A stretch of 39,791 nt of DNA from a virus, in the IMG/VR virus record IMGVR_UViG_3300030049_000004; one strand, written 5' to 3'. The position numbers and the translations under genes were made by a program. The notes under the pieces were generated by a model. The model saw only the letters and a program-made list of their open reading frames with translations, did no database searches and had not been told where the DNA came from. Below are positions 16,783 through 26,063 of this stretch, piece by piece. How positions within the stretch are numbered: the first letter of the stretch is position 1; the number at the start of each line of letters is the position of its first letter.

Positions 16783-19026
16783 ATGTCGCAGACATTAGAT
16801 CAAATATACATGTCCAACCCTTCTACAACAATGTTAAGTGCCGATCTATTATATTTAGTTCACTCGCCATACACATCCGGAACAGACTCTGCCATTACTT
16901 ATGCAAATTTTGCAGCAGCTGTGGGAATCAGCAACGTATCAAGCATTACTGGAACAGCAAACGAAATTATAGCCAGCTCATCAACGGGCGCTGTGACGCT
17001 TAGTCTTCCGCAGGCGATTGCTACGAGCAGTTCGCCAACTTTTGCAGGATTGCAGTTAGGAACAAGCGCTTTAACTTTAGGTGGTTCTTTAACAACATCC
17101 GGCGCATTCTCCTCTACATTTACAATGACAGGCGCCACTAATGTCACATTCCCTACTAGTGGAACACTATCTACTACGACAGGAACTGTTACAAGTGTGA
17201 GCGGAACCTCGAATCAAATTACATCCACGGGCGGTACAACGCCCGTGATTGCAATAGCATCCACGTATATTGGTCAAACCTCAATCACCACGCTAGGAAC
17301 GATTGCGACAGGTGTGTGGCAGGGAACATTGATTGGGCCTACTTATGGTGGAACGGGCGTAAACAACGGCTCTAACACGATAACATTGGCTGGCAACCTA
17401 GCTACATCGGGTGCTTTTGCCTCTACGTTTACTATGACTGGAGCAACCAGTGTCACATTCCCCACAAGCGGAACACTTTTAACGAGTGCTGGTGCAGTTA
17501 CATCCATTACAGGAACTGCTAACCAAGTTATTGCATCTTCATCAACTGGTGCTGTGACATTAAGTTTGCCTCAATCCATAGCAAGTACAAGTTCGCCAAC
17601 TTTTGCAGCACTGACGTTAACTGCAGCATTAACAGTTCCTAATGGTGGTACAGGTTTGGCGGCTACTGTTGCAAATCAAATTTTATACAGCTCAGCAACC
17701 AATACTATTGCAGGATTAAGTGCTTTGGCAAATGGTGTTTTAATCACTAATAACAGCAGTGTTCCTTCATTATTGGCAAATAGTGGTACCGCTGGCTGGG
17801 TATTGACTGCAAATAGCGGTGCTCCTCCATCTTGGCAGGCAGTCGCTTCATCTGGTATCACTACAGTCGGTGACGTTACATCTGGATCCGTAGCATTCAA
17901 TGGTACAGCAGGAACAACGCTAACGAGTACAACTGTTGGTCTAACATTGACAACAGCTAGCAATAGCAGTGGTGTTGGCGCTCCAATCAATGTTACCGCA
18001 GGAGCCACAAGTAACGCGGGAAGTAATGGTGGATTAATAACACTCACATCCGGGACAGGAAACACATCTGGAAGCGGAGGCATGATTTCTATTCTTGCTG
18101 GTACAAGTGGGAATTCAAGTGGCTCTGGTGGTGGAATTAATATTACAGCGGGGAACACCAATGGTTCATCAACAGGTTTTGGTGGGACAATAAATATAAC
18201 CAGCGGACTTTCTTCAACTTCAAGTCGAGCTGGTGGTGCAATAAATATCACGACAGGAGCGGGGAATGGTCTTGGCGGAACTTTAACATTACTCACCGGG
18301 AAAGGTTCGGGAACTAATTCTGGTGGTCCGTTAAATATAACAACTGGTACTGGAGGAACTGGAGCCGGAACTGGAGCAGGCGGTCCTATAGCCATAACAC
18401 CCGGTCTAGGCGGATCAACAAGCGGTGCAGGAGGATCATTAACCATAAATAGTGGATCTTCTCAGACAAGTGGTGTTGGCGGAGCATTGAACATTACTGG
18501 TGGCGCTGCCGTAGGTACAAATCAAAATGGCACCAATATTATAATTACTGCTCCTACATCAACAGGTACAGGAACGCCTTCACAAATACAGCTTCTGGCC
18601 GATGCGTCAGGCGGAACAACTGGAACAGCGGCTGCAACATCGGTGCCTCGTCTAGTATTGAACGGAACAGCGGCTCTAACAAGTGCATCTGCTGTCACGA
18701 TTGTAACGCCTACGATTGCCTCTGGCTCTATGGTTGGTGGCGTAATCCATTATACCGTTGAAGCTACTGACGGCACAGATTATCAGTGCACCTCAGGCAT
18801 AATGGCTTATGCAATCACGAACAAAGCAGGCACGATATCAGGAACAGCAACGATAATTGGTACGGAAGTGTCTAATCATACAGTCGGAACTTTGGTGGAT
18901 ACGTTTGCGGTGACGGCTGCAGGATTGATACAAATAACATCCACATCCGTTGGGATTACGCCATCACGATATCGCGTCACATTTTCTGTGATAAGTAATT
19001 CACAACAAGCAATAGTTGTTGCCTAA
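16783..19026 (+). CDS. Tail fibre/spike protein A: modular repeats plus Gly-rich beta-helix-like repeat array
   Basis: 747 aa, TAAGGA SD. Three copies of the ..GT(A/S)N(E/Q)I(I/T)(A/S)S..TG..(V/I).. module and two of ..[22 protein letters not shown]... About ten GGx(I/L)(N/T)(I/L)T units at 18028-18555. Confidence 0.7.
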   Translation: MSQTLDQIYMSNPSTTMLSADLLYLVHSPYTSGTDSAITYANFAAAVGISNVSSITGTANEIIASSSTGAVTLSLPQAIATSSSPTFAGLQLGTSALTLGGSLTTSGAFSSTFTMTGATNVTFPTSGTLSTTTGTVTSVSGTSNQITSTGGTTPVIAIASTYIGQTSITTLGTIATGVWQGTLIGPTYGGTGVNNGSNTITLAGNLATSGAFASTFTMTGATSVTFPTSGTLLTSAGAVTSITGTANQVIASSSTGAVTLSLPQSIASTSSPTFAALTLTAALTVPNGGTGLAATVANQILYSSATNTIAGLSALANGVLITNNSSVPSLLANSGTAGWVLTANSGAPPSWQAVASSGITTVGDVTSGSVAFNGTAGTTLTSTTVGLTLTTASNSSGVGAPINVTAGATSNAGSNGGLITLTSGTGNTSGSGGMISILAGTSGNSSGSGGGINITAGNTNGSSTGFGGTINITSGLSSTSSRAGGAINITTGAGNGLGGTLTLLTGKGSGTNSGGPLNITTGTGGTGAGTGAGGPIAITPGLGGSTSGAGGSLTINSGSSQTSGVGGALNITGGAAVGTNQNGTNIIITAPTSTGTGTPSQIQLLADASGGTTGTAAATSVPRLVLNGTAALTSASAVTIVTPTIASGSMVGGVIHYTVEATDGTDYQCTSGIMAYAITNKAGTISGTATIIGTEVSNHTVGTLVDTFAVTAAGLIQITSTSVGITPSRYRVTFSVISNSQQAIVVA

Positions 19027-19041
19027 TAACGAAGGATAATT

Positions 19042-21669
19042 ATGACGACTCAAAATAGTGTTGGCACATCGCTCTCTGGTCAGTCTGGAACGGGTAATTT
19101 TGTTGGATCAGATTCTCCTTCGTTAATAACTGCTACTTTAAATACACCTGCATCAGGTATTCTCACGAATTGTACTGGTTTACCCCTAACAACAGGGGTA
19201 ACCGGTAATTTATCAGTAGGAAACCTTAATAGTGGCACCAGTGCTTCGAGCACGACTTATTGGGCAGGAAATGGCATATGGTCTGTACCTGCAGGCACCG
19301 GCGTAACCAGTGTCTCAGGAACTTCAAATCGAATCACATCTACTGGCGGAACAACGCCAGTAATTGATATTTCCCAAAGTTACGTAGGCCAGACATCAAT
19401 TACTACTCTGGGCACAATTGGGACAGGAACATGGCAGGCATCTGTCGTACAACCTACCTATGGCGGCCTAGGCACAGGAATAGCGCCCACTGCCGGACAA
19501 ATACCGATTGGATTAACAGGCGGAACATATGCACCAGCGGCTATCAATTCTGGCACAAACATTCTGGTAGGAAATGCTTCGGGTTCAATCACGATTAATT
19601 TCTCTGGCAATCTGCCCGTTACAAATCTAAATTCTGGCACAAGTGCATCCGGCACGACCTTCTGGCGCGGTGATGGCACATGGGGAACGCCAGCGGGAAC
19701 GGGCGTAACAAGTGTTTCCGGCACATCTAACAGAGTTACATCCACAGGTGGAATTACTCCAGTCATAGACATATCTGCGTCTTATGTTGGCCAGAGTTCG
19801 ATAACCACGCTAGGTACGATTGGTACCGGCGTATGGAACGGAACATTGATTGGCCCTACTTATGGCGGCACCGGCGTAAATAACGGCTCTAATACGCTGA
19901 CATTGGCGGGAACTCTTTCAACATCGGGCGCATTTGCTTCTACGTTTACTATGACGGGTGCAACAAATGTTACCTTCCCCACAAGCGGAACACTTTTAAC
20001 TTCGGCTGGCGCAGTTACATCCATCACTGGCACTGCCAATCAGGTGATTGCTTCTGCTAGCACTGGGACTGTTACCCTTAGTTTGCCGCAGAGTATTGCA
20101 ACAAGTAGTGCAGTTCAGTTTAATACTGTAAGACTTAATGCATCTAATATTTTGGACTCAAATGGTAATATAGCAGCTTCATTCCCCGCCACCTCTTCGG
20201 CAGTTAATTATTTTGTATTAAATAATGCAGCGGGGGTTTCTAATCCAAGCTTATCTCCTGCTGGAATACCAACTGACCTTGGCATTAACTTCACTGCCAA
20301 AGGTCTAGGTGTTTTTAATTTATCCACTACTGCTGCAACGAATCAATTTATAATGTTTACTGGTTCTGGTTATCAGCATACTAGCGCATTCTCATTGCCT
20401 TCAGCCGCTAGTACTAGTGTATACACCTTCCCAGATGCGAGCGGAACAGTTGCATTGACCTCTGGAGTTGTATCATCTATCGCAGGAACGTCCAATCAAA
20501 TCGCAGCATCAGCATCAACTGGCGCAGTTACATTATCCTTGGTTAGCAATCCTATTTTACCAGGTACAGGAGGCGTTCAATTGCCGGGTGGAACGACTGC
20601 TCAGCGTGCAGGAGGAGCAGGTACGATTCGGCTTAATACTCAGACATCATTATTTGAAAGTACAGTTGATGGCTCAACATGGGCTACGATAGAAACGAGC
20701 GCGGTAGGCGTGACTTCGGTGGCCGGGACGGCTAATGAAATCTTAGTTAATGGTACTACCGGAAGTGGACAAACAGGAGCGCTTACGCTTACATTGCCTC
20801 AGGCTATTGATACTACCAGTTCACCTACGTTTGCTAGCCCAACATTTACAGGTAATGCTGTGCTCGGAACTCCTGCATCCGCCACGTTAACGAATGCTAT
20901 AGGACTTCCTTTAACGACTGGCGTGAGTGGCAATTTACCTGTGACTAATCTTAATAGCGGAACTGGAGCATCTAGCACCACTTACTGGTCTGGATCAGGC
21001 ACATGGACTACTCCAGTTGGTTCATCATTTTCAATTAATGTCCAAACATTTTCAGCAACTGGAACTTATACGCCTACGTCAGGAATGGTCTATTGCATCA
21101 TTGAATGTTGGGGCGGTGGTGCTGGTGGAGGGGGCATAGCTGGATCATCTATACAGGGAGGAGGTGGTGGTGGTGGACAAGCCGGAGGTTATTCTAGGAA
21201 ATTTGCATCTGCGACTACAATTGGAGCATCTAAAACCGTAACTATAGGAGGAGCTGGAAATGGTTCAGGAGGAAATGTTACTGGAGGAGCAGGAGGAAAT
21301 ACTTCAGTAAGCACAATTTGCGTCGCATTAGGTGGAGCTGGAGGAGGAGGATCAGGAGGAGCTGGAGCTATTGGTGGATATTTAATATCTTTATCAGGAG
21401 CTGTAGGTGACATTACTTCCGTGGGAATGGGTGGATTGTCTTCAATAGGAGGAAACACTTCTGTTTATGGAAATTCTGGTCAAGGTGGATCTTCATTAAT
21501 TGGATCAGGTGGAACAGGTATAAATTCTATTGCTACATCTGGAGCTACTGGATCCAATGCTACTGGATTCGCATCTGGAGGCGCAGGAGCAGCTGCAAAT
21601 GGGACAACATCATCTTTTTCTGGTGGTAATGGAACTGGAGGATATGTAGTAATTACAGAATTCATTTAA
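19042..21669 (+). CDS. Tail fibre protein B: modular repeats plus C-terminal glycine-rich domain
   Basis: 875 aa, GAAGGA SD. Five copies of the GT(A/S)N module and three of NLNSGT(S/G)AS.TT(Y/F)W.G.G.W. About 80% nt identity to fibre A over about 400 nt. C-terminus [32 protein letters not shown]. Confidence 0.7.
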   Translation: MTTQNSVGTSLSGQSGTGNFVGSDSPSLITATLNTPASGILTNCTGLPLTTGVTGNLSVGNLNSGTSASSTTYWAGNGIWSVPAGTGVTSVSGTSNRITSTGGTTPVIDISQSYVGQTSITTLGTIGTGTWQASVVQPTYGGLGTGIAPTAGQIPIGLTGGTYAPAAINSGTNILVGNASGSITINFSGNLPVTNLNSGTSASGTTFWRGDGTWGTPAGTGVTSVSGTSNRVTSTGGITPVIDISASYVGQSSITTLGTIGTGVWNGTLIGPTYGGTGVNNGSNTLTLAGTLSTSGAFASTFTMTGATNVTFPTSGTLLTSAGAVTSITGTANQVIASASTGTVTLSLPQSIATSSAVQFNTVRLNASNILDSNGNIAASFPATSSAVNYFVLNNAAGVSNPSLSPAGIPTDLGINFTAKGLGVFNLSTTAATNQFIMFTGSGYQHTSAFSLPSAASTSVYTFPDASGTVALTSGVVSSIAGTSNQIAASASTGAVTLSLVSNPILPGTGGVQLPGGTTAQRAGGAGTIRLNTQTSLFESTVDGSTWATIETSAVGVTSVAGTANEILVNGTTGSGQTGALTLTLPQAIDTTSSPTFASPTFTGNAVLGTPASATLTNAIGLPLTTGVSGNLPVTNLNSGTGASSTTYWSGSGTWTTPVGSSFSINVQTFSATGTYTPTSGMVYCIIECWGGGAGGGGIAGSSIQGGGGGGGQAGGYSRKFASATTIGASKTVTIGGAGNGSGGNVTGGAGGNTSVSTICVALGGAGGGGSGGAGAIGGYLISLSGAVGDITSVGMGGLSSIGGNTSVYGNSGQGGSSLIGSGGTGINSIATSGATGSNATGFASGGAGAAANGTTSSFSGGNGTGGYVVITEFI

Positions 21670-21751
21670 GGACAAAATCATGCCTCTAATCAAAAGTATG
21701 AAATTTCAAAGAAAATGGTTAAAAGATAATAATTAAATCTATAATTGATAA

Positions 21752-21913
21752 TCAGGATATGTAAATGCAATTATTACTAGTCCTTCTGCAACTTATTCTT
21801 ATGCTGTAGGAACTGCGGGAACTGCGGGAACTGCGGGAACTGCGGGAACAGGCGGTAGTGCCGGTGGAGCAGGCGGCTCAGGCTACATTGTTATCAGAGA
21901 GTATTATCAATAA
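21752..21913 (+). pseudogene. Orphan 3' end of a glycine-rich fibre gene (no start codon)
   Basis: Frame opens right after TAA 21749-51 with no ATG/GTG/TTG. Reads SGYVNAIITSPSATYSYAVG(TAG)x4TGGSAGGAGGSGYIVIREYYQ*, and its end parallels fibre B ..[15 protein letters not shown]. Confidence 0.55.
21809..21844 (+). repeat. Perfect tandem repeat GGAACTGCG x4
   Basis: Read directly: ggaactgcg ggaactgcg ggaactgcg ggaactgcg, followed by ggaac. Confidence 0.95.
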
Positions 21914-21929
21914 CTATGCTACCATAAAC

Positions 21930-21953
21930 TGCCCCTGACGTTGAGCAGGGGCA
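21930..21953 (+). terminator. GC-rich hairpin after the orphan fibre fragment
   Basis: TGCCCCTG-acgttgag-CAGGGGCA, perfect 8-bp stem followed by TTAACTC (weak U tract). Confidence 0.5.
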
Positions 21954-21976
21954 TTAACTCAACAAGGAATATAATC

Positions 21977-22243
21977 ATGTCAGAATTATCAACTTTTGTA
22001 GCATCTATGGAAGCACGTATCAAAGAATACGAAACCGCAATTGCAACGTCCCTTGCAAATCACAACGGCCTTCTAGGCGCATTGGCTGAACTAAAAAATG
22101 TTCTAACTATTGCTGCACCTGTTGTAGAAGCATTAGTTCCAAGCGCATCGGCCATTATTAATACAGTGGAAAATGTGGTAAATGATGTGGATAATGCTGT
22201 AGAACCTGCTGTTTCTGGTGCTACGGGTGCCGCTGCAGAATAG
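21977..22243 (+). CDS. Ala-rich helical hypothetical protein, 88 aa
   Basis: ATG 21977 after AAGGAA (the ORF-track TTG 21941 start lies in the hairpin). Bracketed by two terminator-like hairpins. Confidence 0.55.
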   Translation: MSELSTFVASMEARIKEYETAIATSLANHNGLLGALAELKNVLTIAAPVVEALVPSASAIINTVENVVNDVDNAVEPAVSGATGAAAE

Positions 22244-22273
22244 TTCACAATTGATTCATGCTTTAAACACAGG

Positions 22274-22301
22274 CTTACGCACAGGATTATTTGTGCGTAA
22301 G
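22274..22301 (+). terminator. Rho-independent terminator candidate at the end of the structural operon
   Basis: CTTACGCACA-ggattatt-TGTGCGTAAG, perfect 10-bp stem followed by TTGTTG. Confidence 0.6.
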
Positions 22302-22475
22302 TTGTTGATGATCAAATCTTATTCAAGATTATACATAAAACAAGCCACGCTTATAATAACAATAGTATTACTTCTTAAGATCTAATATTATAATAACTGA
22401 TGGCCTCCATTCCATCACTCCTAGTCAGTCAGTACAGCTCTTGTCATCCGCAAGGGCTGTTCTCAAAGGGATATC

Positions 22476-22643
22476 ATGAAGTTATTTATTGTCTTATTAA
22501 TGTTAATGTTTGGTGCCTTTTCCAGTTTACTGTTACATTATTCAAAACATCCCACGCATTCTGTAGTTGTATACCAATCTGAGGTTGATAACGATGATGG
22601 CTATGTTCAAATCCCTGTGGAGCCGATTATTTATGCAAACTAG
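22476..22643 (+). CDS. Small N-terminally anchored membrane or secreted protein, 55 aa (holin candidate by position only)
   Basis: Hand-translated MKLFIVLLMLMFGAFSSLLLHYSKH.. followed by an acidic tail; AAAGGGA SD. Ends overlapping the lysozyme start. Preferred over ORF-track 22400..22582. Confidence 0.4.
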   Translation: MKLFIVLLMLMFGAFSSLLLHYSKHPTHSVVVYQSEVDNDDGYVQIPVEPIIYAN

Positions 22644-23100
22644 TGTCAAGGGGGTTATAGCTCCGAGCGCTGTTCCTGATGAGATGTTAATTGGTTGTCT
22701 TGGTGCACATGAAGGCATAAAACAATTTGGTTATCTTGATTCAGACAAAAACATGACTATTGGTTGCGGTAGATGTATCCAAGAAGGTGTTGGTCGTGGA
22801 TTAAGTGTTGATGAGATTTTTTATCTTCTTAAAAATGATATTGCATATTTTCGTTTACAACTTCAGGTTTATGATTGGTATAAGATTCAAGACCAAGTGC
22901 GTGCAGATGCTTTGGTTGAGCTCGCATTTAACATGGGTATTTCGCATTTACTTGAGTTTGCCGATATGTTGTACGCATTAAAAAGAAAGTCGTATCCTGA
23001 GGCTGCTAAGGCGCTTCTAGCTAGCAAGTGGGCGGAACAAGTGGGACCGATAAGAAGCAAGGATTTAGCTTACAGGATTTTAAATGGCCGTTACACTTGA
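22633..23100 (+). CDS. T4-type lysozyme (glycoside hydrolase 24) endolysin
   Basis: HEGIKQFGYLDSDKNMTIGCGR reproduces the T4 lysozyme E-x8-D-x5-T spacing ([21 protein letters not shown]). Start uncertain: ATG 22633, 22594 or ORF-track 22567. Confidence 0.75.
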   Translation: MQTSVKGVIAPSAVPDEMLIGCLGAHEGIKQFGYLDSDKNMTIGCGRCIQEGVGRGLSVDEIFYLLKNDIAYFRLQLQVYDWYKIQDQVRADALVELAFNMGISHLLEFADMLYALKRKSYPEAAKALLASKWAEQVGPIRSKDLAYRILNGRYT

Positions 23101-23431
23101 AGACATTGAACAAATAAAAATTATCGAATGGATAAAGCAATGCTCAGATTTGCCAGTAATCCACATTGCAAATCAACGGAAAACATCTGCTCAACATGGT
23201 GCTCTTTTAAAGCGCATGGGTGTAAGAGCAGGCGCTGCCGACTTGTTTTTACCTCGTAGTAATGGCATTCATTCTGGCTTATGGATTGAATTAAAAACCT
23301 TATCTGGCAAGCCAACTAAATTACAGTTAGATTTTTTAGTTGATATGATCAAAGAAGGCTATTCGGCCAAAGTATGTTATGGCGCTGAGCATGCGATTGA
23401 CTTGATTAAAAAATTCTATAATATGGCATAA
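23084..23431 (+). CDS. VRR-NUC domain nuclease
   Basis: ..GAADLFLPRSNGIHSGLWIELKT..KLQLDFL.. gives the D..E.K PD-(D/E)xK core in the VRR-NUC arrangement; 115 aa. Confidence 0.7.
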   Translation: MAVTLEDIEQIKIIEWIKQCSDLPVIHIANQRKTSAQHGALLKRMGVRAGAADLFLPRSNGIHSGLWIELKTLSGKPTKLQLDFLVDMIKEGYSAKVCYGAEHAIDLIKKFYNMA

Positions 23432-23565
23432 GCCCAAACAGCTAAATAAGAGCCCTTCAAGCCTCTATACTTATGCTCAAATCGTGAGGGCCTTCTGATT
23501 CCCATCGAGAGGGTCATCATTGATGATCATATGCGCAAGACGCTGCCGATGGGATCTTAATTGTA

Positions 23566-25248
23566 TCAATCAAACACCTTCTTAATAATCCGATAATATC
23601 CGTCATCACTCAAAGTACATACCAACGTATGCGGTGTTTTGATATAATGCGATTCAATTAATTCACGCATTTTGTTGATATTGGATAAATGCATATAAAA
23701 TTGGCTGGCATTATCGACGTGTGGTCTCAAAAATTTGGCGTAAAGTATATTTTTATTCTTTGGTGTATTAGTGTAGTAGCTTTCAAATACCCTGTGAGCG
23801 CCACAGTCGTACGATATATTTATTATCGGCAACAATGTAGTGCCCATTGGAACAACGCTGTATCGGGCCTCAGTGACGGTTAAAGTGTATGTTTCAGCTT
23901 TGATTCGCTTTAGTTTTGCATTTGGGTCGATGAGTTCGGCTTGGCATGATCGGCACATTCTTGCGCACTGATCATTTTTTGTTCTACAATTAGGGCATTC
24001 TCGCCAATCAAAAAAGTGATCACATCTTTTGTCATCGACAATACCTCGGCACCTCCTTGCCATAAGAGAGTTATTGCAGCCGCAAGTAAAACATGGTATC
24101 GGGTAATCTTCTTCTTTTTCATTTTCTTTTGGCCTAAGAGCTTCATTAATTATTAAATTATCTATATCTTGATGTCTAGTTAAATTACCAGCAAAATCCA
24201 AAATAAGTGCATTTTTTTTTGAATCATGCAGTCGAAGAGCGCGACCTATTCCTTGAACATATAATACCAGAGATTCCGTAGGCCTCAACCATATTGTTGT
24301 GCAGAAATTTGGCACGTCAATGCCTGTCATCAAACAATTGACGCTGATCAAGTATTTTATTTCATTATTGCGAGCCATGGTTAATATTTTGTGACGTTCT
24401 TTTTCTGGAGTGTCACCTGTAATAATGTATGCTGACCCTTGAGGTAATGCTGCTAAGGCTTCATCGCAGTGCTTTTTACTACTGCAAAACACAAATGCAC
24501 CGTTTCTGTCCGCCATGACTTGATTTGCTTCTTGTAATATTTCCCATGTTAAACGCTTGTTTTTGTCAACGACTGCCTGTAGTTCAGTAGTGTTGAATTT
24601 GCCGGCTTTCATTCTGACCGAGCTAAAATCAAAAGATTGTGTTTCAGGATAACCATAAACCGGTCTTGCTAAGAAATTATTTTCGATTAACCATGACGTG
24701 GTTATATTGGCTACGCGCGACTTAAACAAGCATGAGTCACCAACAATATCATTTCCAGAGCCTCTGAAATCTGTGCCCGTTAAGCCGAGTAGCCGCATGG
24801 GTTGATACTCTTGCTTATAGTGTCTTAGTATTCTCATGAATTGCGAATCATGAGCTGTATAATTAATTGAATGAGCCTCGTCTACAACCACTATATTGAA
24901 AATAATGTCTTTAATGGGGTGATTGTTCTTGATAGCTGCAATGATTGACTGAGGCGTTGCGAATATAATATTCGTATCGAATTCTTTTTTGTTTAATGAT
25001 GCACAGAAAACTGATGGATTGCCTCCTAATCGTTTAAATGTTTCTGAATTATTTCGTACGAGCTCTGAGCTGTTGACAAGGCATAATGCGCGTTTATTTT
25101 TAAGTTCAAGTTCGCGCATCATACTTCCAATCATGACCGATTTTCCGCTGCCCACACTAGAAACAAACAGAACAGGATCATCATTTTTCTTTAATGCTAC
25201 CCATGCCTCATTGATCCCTGTTTTTTGATAATCCCTTAATTTAAACAT
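23566..25248 (-). CDS. Superfamily 2 DNA helicase (DEAH) with C-terminal zinc ribbons
   Basis: Walker A SVGSGKS, motif II VVVDEAHS, helicase-C motifs (LMTGIDVP, QGIGRALR). C-terminal CFTCGC..C..C and CPNC..C..C clusters. Confidence 0.85.
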   Translation of the reverse strand: MFKLRDYQKTGINEAWVALKKNDDPVLFVSSVGSGKSVMIGSMMRELELKNKRALCLVNSSELVRNNSETFKRLGGNPSVFCASLNKKEFDTNIIFATPQSIIAAIKNNHPIKDIIFNIVVVDEAHSINYTAHDSQFMRILRHYKQEYQPMRLLGLTGTDFRGSGNDIVGDSCLFKSRVANITTSWLIENNFLARPVYGYPETQSFDFSSVRMKAGKFNTTELQAVVDKNKRLTWEILQEANQVMADRNGAFVFCSSKKHCDEALAALPQGSAYIITGDTPEKERHKILTMARNNEIKYLISVNCLMTGIDVPNFCTTIWLRPTESLVLYVQGIGRALRLHDSKKNALILDFAGNLTRHQDIDNLIINEALRPKENEKEEDYPIPCFTCGCNNSLMARRCRGIVDDKRCDHFFDWRECPNCRTKNDQCARMCRSCQAELIDPNAKLKRIKAETYTLTVTEARYSVVPMGTTLLPIINISYDCGAHRVFESYYTNTPKNKNILYAKFLRPHVDNASQFYMHLSNINKMRELIESHYIKTPHTLVCTLSDDGYYRIIKKVFD

Positions 25249-25972
25249 TTTTTTTCAAATAATTAATTGCCCGCTCTAAGATGGTGCAAGAATCTTGTAA
25301 TAATCCAATTCCAGAATTGCATTTTGTACACAACAACCCTCTAATATGACCTTTTTTATGACAATGGTCGACGGAAAGTTTTGATAAGGTTCCTTTTACC
25401 ATTCTTGATTCTGGTTTAGAGCATATAGCGCAGACATTTTTCTGTTTCATAAGTAATTTATCAAAATCCACTCTATTTATAATGCATCGAGTAGAAACAC
25501 TTGTATTGTCTTTTATTTTTTCATTAATTATTTTTTCACAGGATTTGCATAGAGGATTTTTTCTTTTTATGCCTCCTGCATTAAACATTGAAATGCATTT
25601 ATTTGTTTTGCAAACAAAACATGTTAGAACTTTATTATTATTACTTCTAAACCTAAATCTTTCTTCTCGAATTTGATGATATTTTGATTTTTGACAGTCG
25701 CTGCATTTGTTTCTATGGCCATCAGAACTTGAAAAACATTTAACGAAATTTGAAATATCCTTTTCAATAAAACATCCTCTGCAATATTTTTTATCAATGA
25801 CAATTTTTTCTTTTAGTGTCTGGTTTTCTTTTCTACGCTGAACAACATATTTTTTGTTATATTGAGAATGACAATATTTGCACTTACTGTCATAACCACT
25901 TTTTCGTTGGTTGTTTTTTGTGAAATCAGTTATTTCTTTTATTTCTTTACAAACACGACATATCTTGGCCAT
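25241..25972 (-). CDS. Endonuclease VII-type homing endonuclease with N-terminal zinc ribbons (paralogue of 7500..8168)
   Basis: CAICSKPE..LSVDHCHKKGHIRGLLCTKCNSGIG; strong GGAGGGG SD; N-terminal CRVC..CKYC, CRGC, CSDC, CFVC..CKSC. Confidence 0.75.
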   Translation of the reverse strand: MAKICRVCKEIKEITDFTKNNQRKSGYDSKCKYCHSQYNKKYVVQRRKENQTLKEKIVIDKKYCRGCFIEKDISNFVKCFSSSDGHRNKCSDCQKSKYHQIREERFRFRSNNNKVLTCFVCKTNKCISMFNAGGIKRKNPLCKSCEKIINEKIKDNTSVSTRCIINRVDFDKLLMKQKNVCAICSKPESRMVKGTLSKLSVDHCHKKGHIRGLLCTKCNSGIGLLQDSCTILERAINYLKKNV

Positions 25973-25999
25973 AACCCCTCCATCAAGGCATCAAAAAGG

Positions 26000-26053
26000 A
26001 TCCAAACCAACATGTGATGAGCATGTATTCACTCCGTCGAGCTAGGTTTGGAT
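26000..26053. repeat. 9-bp inverted repeat (ATCCAAACC-36 nt-GGTTTGGAT) between two endonuclease genes
   Basis: Read directly; an inner ACATG..CATGT pair sits in the loop. Confidence 0.5.
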
Positions 26054-26063
26054 AAACATTATA

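Noticed and set aside
17676-18446. 256-aa Pro-rich ORF antisense to fibre A (similar ones at 16899..17147, 19458..19772, 20799..20981, 21189..21458 and 21480..21665)
   Set aside because: They mirror GGN/ACN/GTN-rich repeat codons in the sense strand (GGN read backwards gives NCC, i.e. Pro). They have no SD, and the sense frames are long, coupled and fibre-like.
19676-19684. RGD tripeptide in fibre B (FWRGDGTW) as a eukaryotic-type adhesion motif
   Set aside because: It sits in one of three copies of a conserved fibre motif whose other copies read AGNG and SGSG, so the RGD is most likely incidental.
16783-21669. Diversity-generating retroelement (template/variable repeat) explanation for the fibre repeats
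   Set aside because: No reverse transcriptase gene anywhere in the genome. Differences between repeat copies are spread over all four bases rather than confined to adenines. The repeats are in-frame protein modules.
22400-22582. 60-aa ORF upstream of the lysozyme
   Set aside because: No SD and an odd Cys/Phe-rich sequence. The overlapping frame 22476..22643 has an SD, a clean transmembrane segment and end-to-start coupling with the lysozyme.
23432-23565. Possible small RNA or extra gene in the convergent gap between VRR-NUC and the helicase
   Set aside because: Only nested inverted repeats were seen (CCCATCG..CGATGGG and ATCATCAttGATGAT), consistent with a bidirectional terminator region. 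No ORF with signals.
24212-24220. A9 homopolymer (T9 on the plus strand) inside the helicase gene as a phase-variation switch
   Set aside because: The reading frame is intact across it (..DSKKNALILDF..) and both flanks carry helicase motifs. Nothing suggests an off state. Worth only a read-level check for assembly error.
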